NCBI GenBank assembly: GCA_038893995.1 | Contig: JAWAQK010000042.1 | Span: 1-21,869 of the forward strand | DNA: 21,869 bases | Direction of reading: 5' to 3' | Source of the DNA: Candidatus Thorarchaeota archaeon | GTDB taxonomy: Archaea; Asgardarchaeota; Thorarchaeia; Thorarchaeales; Thorarchaeaceae | Shown: one piece after another, positions 1 through 7,069 of the stretch | How positions within the stretch are numbered: the stretch's first letter is position 1 | Layout: each line of letters begins with the position of its first letter | Program-made: the position numbers and the translations under genes | The notes under the pieces: model-generated | Databases searched by the model: none | What the model was told of the DNA's origin: nothing | Seen by the model: the letters and a program-made list of their open reading frames with translations, nothing else

Positions 1-1134
1 AAGTATCCCGACTGGGCTCCGCCGATACCTGACGGAGCGCCCCCTGCGGCAACCGTCCTAGGAGATGCCATAGAGAGAGGTTTCTCTCTTGTGACAGGCG
101 TGTATGGTCCCCAGGCAGACATGATAATGGGACTGGAGGTTGTCCTACCCACTGGGGAGATCTTCAGGACAGGTTCTTGGGCGCTTGAAACTGCGAAGCC
201 CTACTACCGTTGGGGCCCCGGGCCAAACCCTGACGGCCTGTTCCTAGGTTCGCAGGGGTCGATGGGTATCATCACAAAGGCGGCAATTAAGATAGTCCCT
301 CACCCACACTTCAAGACGGTCGTCGCCTACGGAGGTCAGAACTGGGAGGACATCATTCGCCCTGCCTGGGAGATCTCCAAACACGAGATGGGAATTGCAG
401 ACAATACGGTCATGGTGCAGGGCGGAAACTGGCCACTTGTGATGACACGCTGGCCAAAGACCAATGTGCCAGTCAACTACGAGTTCTACAAGAAGATTGG
501 AATAAGCGAGTATTGGATGAACTACGAGGTCTGGGCCTGGTCCCAGGAAGAGCTTGACTACGCACTGGCCAGGATCGATGAGATCTACAAGTCGTATGAA
601 ACTGCAGCGAATACAAAGTGTCCAAAGTGGGATCTACACCCCAAACAGATCGCTTCGCGTCTAAAGAAGCCAAACAAGATTGCCATACCCTACTCGCTAT
701 GGCAGGCTGGGTTCCTCTTCATCACATGGTATGTCCCGTGGCTTGAGAGTCCCGCCTGCATGACAGAGTACTGTGCCAAGATGGAGGAGTACGGTTTCCC
801 GCCAACAATGTGGGTTGCATCAATTGACCACTGTCGACAGGCCATCGTGATGCCAATCGTATGCTTTGACAGCACCGAGAAGGGCATCTACGAGAAGATA
901 AGGGAGTTCAACCTTGAAACAACGAGGTCATTCTTGAAGAAGGGATGGCTCAACTATCGACCTGATCCATTTGTCCATGCCCCCGAGACCTTTAGTCGCA
1001 CGCCGGAGTTCTACAAGATGCTGCTAAAGTTCAGGAAGGTATTGGATCCAAACCTCATCCTTCATCCTGGACGACTGGCGATACCCTGGGAATCTGTGAC
1101 CGACCTTCCGAATCCATGTGGTTCCAGTGGGTGA
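1..1134 (+). CDS. FAD-binding oxidoreductase, VAO/PCMH (FAD_binding_4 + FAD-oxidase_C) family; 5'-partial
   Basis: Frame 1 is open from base 1 (KYPDWAPPIPDGAPPAATVLGDAIERGFSLVTGVYG...), so the ORF-track start at 91 is internal. Family motifs: GLEVVLPTGEIFRTG, GPNPDGLFLGSQGSMGIITK and C-terminal LDPNLILHPGR. Confidence 0.9.
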   Translation, partial: KYPDWAPPIPDGAPPAATVLGDAIERGFSLVTGVYGPQADMIMGLEVVLPTGEIFRTGSWALETAKPYYRWGPGPNPDGLFLGSQGSMGIITKAAIKIVPHPHFKTVVAYGGQNWEDIIRPAWEISKHEMGIADNTVMVQGGNWPLVMTRWPKTNVPVNYEFYKKIGISEYWMNYEVWAWSQEELDYALARIDEIYKSYETAANTKCPKWDLHPKQIASRLKKPNKIAIPYSLWQAGFLFITWYVPWLESPACMTEYCAKMEEYGFPPTMWVASIDHCRQAIVMPIVCFDSTEKGIYEKIREFNLETTRSFLKKGWLNYRPDPFVHAPETFSRTPEFYKMLLKFRKVLDPNLILHPGRLAIPWESVTDLPNPCGSSG

Positions 1135-1162
1135 GGATGTCATGAAGATACCAAAACCAACG

Positions 1163-1170
1163 TTTAATAT
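1163..1170 (+). promoter_or_regulatory. candidate TATA box for the Fe-S protein gene
   Basis: TTTAATAT about 30-37 nt upstream of ATG 1200, preceded by A-rich sequence; GGAGGA RBS at 1185-1190. Confidence 0.4.
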
Positions 1171-1199
1171 GAATCGTCGCGGCTGGAGGAGCGAATGAG

Positions 1200-2507
1200 A
1201 TGACGACCCTTGAAGATCTGAGATCCATCAATGCACGTTGCATTCACTGTAGAGCATGTCAATACGCCTATTCTGGTGAGCCAGACCGGCAAGGAGAGAC
1301 CGAGGAGTACACCGGGATGCTGCAGGGATGTCCCGCAGGCATCTACAACGGCTGGGAGGGCTTCTTCAACTCTGGTAAGCAGTGGATGGCAAGGGCCTTC
1401 CTGAACGGAGAGATGAAGCCGAGCAGGGAACTGCTTGAAGTTGCTGAGGCCTGTACTACCTGTGGCATGTGCGAGACTCAGTGCCCCAACTATATTGATA
1501 CCGTTCTCGTCACTGAGGCCTTGAGAGCAGCCATCATCGAGAGCGGAGTAGAACCGCTGGAGAAGCATGGCAAGTTTCGGGCAATGGTCGCAGATCCCAA
1601 GATGCGGAATCCCTACAACGAGCCCAGAGAGAAACGTACTGCCTGGTGGACCGGTGAGCTGGACAGAAGAGACGTCAAGGCGGCGTACTTTGTCGGCTGC
1701 ACGGCCTCATACAGACAACAGCCGATAGCGAATCACACCACCAGTATCCTCAAGAAGCTCGGGATCGACTTCACGATACTCTCTGATGAGGTCTGTTGTG
1801 GTTCGCCGCTTCTGAGGACAGGACAACGCACCACCTTCACAGAGGTCATGAACGAGAATCTCAAGAATTTCAAGGACTTCGATCTTGTGGTGTTCTCCTG
1901 TGCGGGATGCTACAAGACATTCAGGAACGACTATCCACGCATGAGCGGGAAACCATTACCCTTCAGGGTCAGGCACACGGTCGAGTTGGTTTACGATCTC
2001 ATGAAGCAGGGCACCCTCAAGATTGAGCGACCATATCCGAAGAAGGTCACATGGCACGACCCCTGCCACAGTATTCGGCATGTAGGGCTGGCCATCGAGA
2101 AGGAATTCCTACACAAGTCCAAGAACTGGCTACTTGACAGTCGTAACGCCGAGAAGGCCAAGGAGGAACACTACGAGATACCCCGTGTCGTGCTGAGATC
2201 GATACCACAGCTCGAACTACACGAGATGTATCGTATAAAGGGTGACTCTTTCTGCTGCGGCGCGGGCGGAGGTGTAAAGGCACAGTTCCCTGACATGGCC
2301 CTGTCGACGGCAAGAGAGCGACTGAAGGAGGCAGCCTCGACGGGTGCTGAAGTCCTGATGACTTCCTGCCCCTTCTGCGTCACCAACTTCAATGACGGGA
2401 TAAAGTCGTTGAGAGAAGAAGAGTCGCGCACTGGCAAGGACCTGTCGTCGGTGGGCTCGAGGTTGAAGGTGGTCGAGCTGCTCGAGTTGCTTGATGAGCT
2501 ACTGTAG
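1200..2507 (+). CDS. (Fe-S)-binding protein, HdrD/GlpC/GlcF-like (2x[4Fe-4S] domain + two CCG domains)
   Basis: Ferredoxin motifs CIHCRAC...CP and CTTCGMCETQCP; CCG motifs GCTA..EVCCGSP..SCAGC and HDPCH..CCGAGGG..SCPFC. Confidence 0.92.
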   Translation: MTTLEDLRSINARCIHCRACQYAYSGEPDRQGETEEYTGMLQGCPAGIYNGWEGFFNSGKQWMARAFLNGEMKPSRELLEVAEACTTCGMCETQCPNYIDTVLVTEALRAAIIESGVEPLEKHGKFRAMVADPKMRNPYNEPREKRTAWWTGELDRRDVKAAYFVGCTASYRQQPIANHTTSILKKLGIDFTILSDEVCCGSPLLRTGQRTTFTEVMNENLKNFKDFDLVVFSCAGCYKTFRNDYPRMSGKPLPFRVRHTVELVYDLMKQGTLKIERPYPKKVTWHDPCHSIRHVGLAIEKEFLHKSKNWLLDSRNAEKAKEEHYEIPRVVLRSIPQLELHEMYRIKGDSFCCGAGGGVKAQFPDMALSTARERLKEAASTGAEVLMTSCPFCVTNFNDGIKSLREEESRTGKDLSSVGSRLKVVELLELLDELL

Positions 2508-2521
2508 AGTGTCTATCAAAT

Positions 2522-2556
2522 GGGGGTGAGGTAATCCCCCCTCTCTCTATTTCTCT
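2522..2556 (+). terminator. possible terminator after the Fe-S gene
   Basis: GGGGG-N9-CCCCC stem followed by a pyrimidine tract (ctctctctatttctct), starting 15 nt after the stop in a convergent intergenic region. Confidence 0.35.
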
Positions 2557-2602
2557 GTCCAATATTGATCGAAGGTCTAGTGATGCGATCTAGACTCAAG
2601 AT

Positions 2603-2622
2603 GGTCCTGCAGCTGCAGGACC
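2603..2622. repeat. perfect 20-bp palindrome
   Basis: GGTCCTGCAGCTGCAGGACC equals its own reverse complement. Confidence 0.9.
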
Positions 2623-2828
2623 GTGTCGAGAATGTCTGTAGTACAGTCGCTGGACTGGTAACCCGGTGGAACATCTTCCTCGCCAAATGCACAATGAACC
2701 CCTCCCGCACTCACAAGACCCATGCATAGAAATGTTCGTCAGTCTGAACTACATCCGAGGCCGTTCTGCTGGCCCCATTCTTCCCGGCATTCATAGACAG
2801 GGTGTACCTCGCTCTTCAGCGAGGTTCG

Positions 2829-3374
2829 CTATGACTGGGTCGTTGGGCTATCAGGCTCCTTCACTGTGTCGGCATTAGTTCCTTCCTTCTTGGTGCGACC
2901 AAAGAGTTCAGTCAAGTTTGTCAGAATGAGTGAACCTAGTAATCCCCCCAGGAGAGCGAACAAGAGCGATACTGCGTAGATTATTGGCGCGATTACCATT
3001 GCAAGTGGAACTAGGATGAGTACCAGGAAACAAGACCTGCAAGGGTTCTCCTCATCTGGATAGAGCAGCTGTCTTGTTGTGAGCAACATCATGATGGAAA
3101 TAACCGCTGTGAATGGGTCCTCTGGCAGACTGCCTATTGCGATCTCGTAGAGTGCATACCCAACGGCTATCATCCCCGCCAAGACAAGGACTGCGCTGAT
3201 CAGCGAGTTCTTCATCCCTCCGGACACTATACCGACACACAGCATGACCATGATGAATCCAGTCGATCCCATGGCCATCGAGATGGTCCCTGTCAGCAGG
3301 TCATATGTTAGTACAGTCAGTCCTAGTGCGACGGCGGCCACGATCATGATGAAGTCAGTACGTCTGAACGACAT
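2829..3374 (-). CDS. hypothetical multi-pass membrane protein
   Basis: 181 aa, about 5-6 hydrophobic helices, CxxC (CRSC) in a loop, polar C-terminal tail; ATG start with a TATA-like element upstream. Confidence 0.75.
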   Translation of the reverse strand: MSFRRTDFIMIVAAVALGLTVLTYDLLTGTISMAMGSTGFIMVMLCVGIVSGGMKNSLISAVLVLAGMIAVGYALYEIAIGSLPEDPFTAVISIMMLLTTRQLLYPDEENPCRSCFLVLILVPLAMVIAPIIYAVSLLFALLGGLLGSLILTNLTELFGRTKKEGTNADTVKEPDSPTTQS

Positions 3375-3404
3375 TGTCTCTCACTAGGTGCTCTTGTTAT
3401 CCCA

Positions 3405-3414
3405 CATATATATG
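3405..3414 (-). promoter_or_regulatory. candidate TATA box for the 181-aa membrane protein gene
   Basis: CATATATATG 31-40 nt upstream of the ATG at 3374. Confidence 0.5.
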
Positions 3415-3704
3415 CGTCATGGAGATTCCGACAGGAAGAGAGACCCGGAAAAACATTGAGGCTACTATGTGAGTCCTTGGCAGCATCATTGCTGTTTCGT
3501 TGTTAGCATCGTTGTGTCTGGTGGTCCGCATCTGCTCGAGGACGGACTTGATGCTTGTGCGTCCAAAATACCGATCACTGAGTTTCATCTTGCAGTCTGA
3601 GTACAGCTCACGATCACCAGAATCAGACTTCATCATTCAGCACTATGGAGGGGGGTACTCACCAGAGGTCGTGATGTGACAATGAGATCAGACTAGACCA
3701 TTGC

Positions 3705-5552
3705 TCATCTTTCACTCATGTAGGGGTCCTCTCCACTGTCGATGTCCTTGTAGCCATACTCCGCAAGTATGTCCTCTATTCTCTGTGCATTCGCAGTCCA
3801 CCTCAGGTTCCAGTGCCCATCATCCGTCACTGTGACCTCCACGTCAGGTAGATCTCCCAGTAGGTTGTGGTCAGCCTCGATGACGTCCTGATACGCTCCC
3901 GTGAGGGCTATCAGGAAGTAAGAACCCTGAAGTCTTCTGAGGTTGCCAACAGGAATTCCGACTCCGATCCCTCCATTCGGCATGGTCAGTGGACGATAGT
4001 CGCGCGTGAACCACAGGTCGTCAGCAGGCTTCCTGTAGAACAGGGACGCCTCCCCGTCAGAGTCGCAAGTTATGTCCACCAACCTCACTGTAGTCTCGGG
4101 CCGTACGTGAAGGTCCGTGACTGGGAGTATCGGGAAGTACTGGTTCACAAGGACATGGTCCAGGATGCTGTTGAAGACGGAGAAGTTGCCCACTGCGATG
4201 TAGTCCGGATGCCACAGGCTCTCGACTGTCTTGTCTGGCCAGATGCTGCCGGTCGCCAGTCGTGCCAGCTGCTTCCTTGCCTCTGCCCGGACCTCATTGA
4301 GGATCTGTTCGCTGTCCCGAATCTCTGAGAGAGTGGCTCCAGTGCATGTTCGATTCGTCTGAAACTCAGTCCATGTTTCAGCAATCTCATTGACGGACAT
4401 TGCCTGTCTCAGCCTGGAAACGGAGTTCTCCCTCTCCCTTGACAGTTCCTCGTCAAGCACGTCGCCAGCGGGGGGAAACACAGACCTGACCTCAAGGACC
4501 TTCACCAGTATTGCCGAGCTGAGTGCAGTGATACCACGACCAGACTCAATCATGATATCAGGATGCTCGGATCCGGGGGAGACAGACTGGTGCTCCTCAA
4601 GTACACTCTCCACAATGGCTCTTGCATATGTGTCCATGAGATCTGACGGGTTCGAGCTTGTGTAGTCTATGGGGAGCCCCCCTCCAAAGTCAATTGTGGT
4701 GAGAAGAGGGAACCCCTCCTCTCTGACTTGAGTGTAGGCTCGAAACATGAACCGCGCGAATTTCCTGATGTCCTCGAATGCTGTGACCTGTGAACCAACG
4801 TGCGCCAGTATGGTGCTGACTGAGTCTGCATACCCCCTCTCCTTGAGGTGAGACATCACGTCAAACAGGTCATGGATGCCTAGGCCGAACTTGGAGTCAC
4901 GACCTCCAGAGTGAGACCAGTGCCCTCTCACAGTCAGGTATGGTTTCAGACGCAAGACAATCTGTACAAGGCCTGGTGGCAGCATCTCGGTCACGAGTCT
5001 GGCCTCGTAGAGCGACTCGATGGAAACTGCGACCTCGTGCCCCAGCTCGGCACAGCGCAGGACCAGTTGAAGATACTCCGGGTCCTTCGCCCCATTGCAT
5101 ATGATCAGCCTGTGTTTCTCGTTGGAGGTGACTATCTTGGCCAGGAAGAGCTCTGTCTTGGTCCCGACCTCCAGCCCATAGTCCTTGTCTGAGCCGAGGA
5201 CCGCAAGCACACAGTCCGCTCTCTGGTTTGCCTTGACAGGATAGACCGCCCTGAAGGCGCCTCGATAGTCCTTCTCCTTCATGACGTCTGCAAATGCCTT
5301 TCTGAGCTTCATGATCTGGGACTCGATCAGCTGTGGGAAACGGATCGTGAAGGAAGAAGTGTAAGCAGCCCTGTTGACATTGTTGGAATTGACCGTTTCG
5401 ATGATGTCAACCACTGGAATGGTGTGGCCTCTTATCCGCAGTATCAGTCTCCCTGCTGCATCTATGTCAAGAAAGTGGAGGTCGCTCCTGTCCACTCCGT
5501 AGACAAGCTTCGACCTCTCGATTGTCCATTGGTCTGTACTCACCTTGCTCAC
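3705..5552 (-). CDS. speA: PLP-dependent (fold type III) biosynthetic arginine decarboxylase-like enzyme
   Basis: YPVKANQ (PLP lysine), GLEVGTKTEL, CNGAKD, SKFGL, HVGSQ, DFGGGLPIDY, ESGR, NFSVF..D, DITCDSDG and GAYQD...HNLLGD follow the SpeA motif series. GTG start. Confidence 0.85.
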   Translation of the reverse strand: MSKVSTDQWTIERSKLVYGVDRSDLHFLDIDAAGRLILRIRGHTIPVVDIIETVNSNNVNRAAYTSSFTIRFPQLIESQIMKLRKAFADVMKEKDYRGAFRAVYPVKANQRADCVLAVLGSDKDYGLEVGTKTELFLAKIVTSNEKHRLIICNGAKDPEYLQLVLRCAELGHEVAVSIESLYEARLVTEMLPPGLVQIVLRLKPYLTVRGHWSHSGGRDSKFGLGIHDLFDVMSHLKERGYADSVSTILAHVGSQVTAFEDIRKFARFMFRAYTQVREEGFPLLTTIDFGGGLPIDYTSSNPSDLMDTYARAIVESVLEEHQSVSPGSEHPDIMIESGRGITALSSAILVKVLEVRSVFPPAGDVLDEELSRERENSVSRLRQAMSVNEIAETWTEFQTNRTCTGATLSEIRDSEQILNEVRAEARKQLARLATGSIWPDKTVESLWHPDYIAVGNFSVFNSILDHVLVNQYFPILPVTDLHVRPETTVRLVDITCDSDGEASLFYRKPADDLWFTRDYRPLTMPNGGIGVGIPVGNLRRLQGSYFLIALTGAYQDVIEADHNLLGDLPDVEVTVTDDGHWNLRWTANAQRIEDILAEYGYKDIDSGEDPYMSER

Positions 5553-5573
5553 GCCCAGTGGCAGGCATGTCTC

Positions 5574-7055
5574 CTATTGCTCATCCCCCTTGATGGAGTC
5601 GAGCATGCCCTGGAAGGCCCTTGCCAGCTCGCCGATCTCATCGTCCTTGGAGATGTAGTCAGCATCGACACGCAAGTCTTCGGTGTCCAGTGGTTTGTCC
5701 CTTATTATTGCACTAACGTTCCGCAGGGCAATGTCCATCAGGTACTGCAATGGCTTTGTGACTTGGTTTGCCACGGTCGCTGTGACAATTCCCGCAAGGA
5801 TGACAGCCAATGTGGTGATACTCAGGATGAACAGAATCGACCGTGTGATATTGAGCCGTATCGTGTTCTGCAGTTCAGGTATGGCTGCCAGGACCTCCTC
5901 CATGGGCGCAATTATGATGCAGACATAGCCACCTCTCTCGATGGGGGCGTATGCCATCACCAATTGCTTCCCGTTGCGTGTGTATGTAAACGTCCCCGTA
6001 CCACCGGCAAGCAGCATGTCAAGCTGTTCCTGAGTCAACGCCGACGTCCCGTCTGAGTTCCTCTCGACTTGGGAGAGCGGAGGAAGGCCCGCCACATACT
6101 GCTCGGCCGGGACTTCTCTGTGAGCGATCACGCCCACATACTCACTCGGAGGTGGTCCTGGATCAACCACTCTCTTGACAAGTGCTGCATAGCCTGTCTC
6201 GAGTATGCCGACTCCCAAGATCTTCTGGTTGATGTCCTCTATCGTTATGTCACCGGATATGACCCCAATGAGCGAATTGTTTTCCCTGAAGTATACCGCC
6301 TTGCCGATAGATATCAGTAGTACTCCATCGATCTCGTCGTAGTACGGTTCAACGAAGACGACATCCCCGTTTCCGGCCCTGATTTGCAGGTACCACTCCT
6401 CAAGGTATGGCCTGTAGGGCTCATTGATCCGGTCTGTATCAGTGCCACCTACAATGCTGCCTGGGTAATTGATGAACAGTCCGTCGCGTGCGAAGGCAAG
6501 ATACAGCCATCTGAAATCAGGCATCTGCGCATGTGCCGCCTGGAACATGTAGTCGAGGTTTGATATACGCCCCAGTCTGCCCGCATTTGCGCTCTCATAC
6601 GCTGAGTAGTTGCTCGAGGTGGTGCCCGGAGCATACCAGCTACTGTAATTCCAAGAGATATTTATCCCGTATCTCGCGTCATAGTGAGTGTCCGCCGGTC
6701 TTGGGCCCGCGTACTCGAAAAAGTAGTCGTAGTAGACGGCGCGTGGCTGGTATGTGGAACTGGGGGAAAGAATCCTCTCGCATTCGTAGGCCAGTGCCCG
6801 TATCATGGCTTCCGCATTGGCAAGCTTCTGGTCTATCACCCTGGCATTGTTGACCGCAGTCTGGTTCATGTGTCGCCGTATCTGCGTTTCCAGTGCAGTG
6901 GAGCTCTCTCCAATTGCAGATACACCCATCAGATCCAGAAACTGGAGGGCGATGAACCCTGTCACAGCAACTGAGAGTACTGTGATTACAATGGATGTCG
7001 CGATCACATTGCGCTTGAAACTGCCCTTCTTCCTGGTTTCAGTCAGCGTTGCCAC
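5574..7055 (-). CDS. membrane sensor: TM-dCache_1-TM-HAMP with no C-terminal output domain
   Basis: N-terminal TM; Cache motifs WLYLAF..GLFINYP..Y...EEWY..EPYYD..GVISGDI..GYAALV; second TM; HAMP (KPL...DEIGELARAF) ending about 12 aa later. GGAGGTGA RBS at 7063-7070 overlaps the upstream stop. Confidence 0.88.
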   Translation of the reverse strand: MATLTETRKKGSFKRNVIATSIVITVLSVAVTGFIALQFLDLMGVSAIGESSTALETQIRRHMNQTAVNNARVIDQKLANAEAMIRALAYECERILSPSSTYQPRAVYYDYFFEYAGPRPADTHYDARYGINISWNYSSWYAPGTTSSNYSAYESANAGRLGRISNLDYMFQAAHAQMPDFRWLYLAFARDGLFINYPGSIVGGTDTDRINEPYRPYLEEWYLQIRAGNGDVVFVEPYYDEIDGVLLISIGKAVYFRENNSLIGVISGDITIEDINQKILGVGILETGYAALVKRVVDPGPPPSEYVGVIAHREVPAEQYVAGLPPLSQVERNSDGTSALTQEQLDMLLAGGTGTFTYTRNGKQLVMAYAPIERGGYVCIIIAPMEEVLAAIPELQNTIRLNITRSILFILSITTLAVILAGIVTATVANQVTKPLQYLMDIALRNVSAIIRDKPLDTEDLRVDADYISKDDEIGELARAFQGMLDSIKGDEQ

Positions 7056-7069
7056 TCGTCTTTCACCTC

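Noticed and set aside
3419-3679. Plus-strand frame with one internal TGA (3470-3472) followed by a TM-like stretch; possible selenoprotein or pseudogene
   Set aside because: No redox-motif context, no SECIS recognised, no similarity to anything known; the antisense 79-aa ORF (3397-3636) is equally unsupported.
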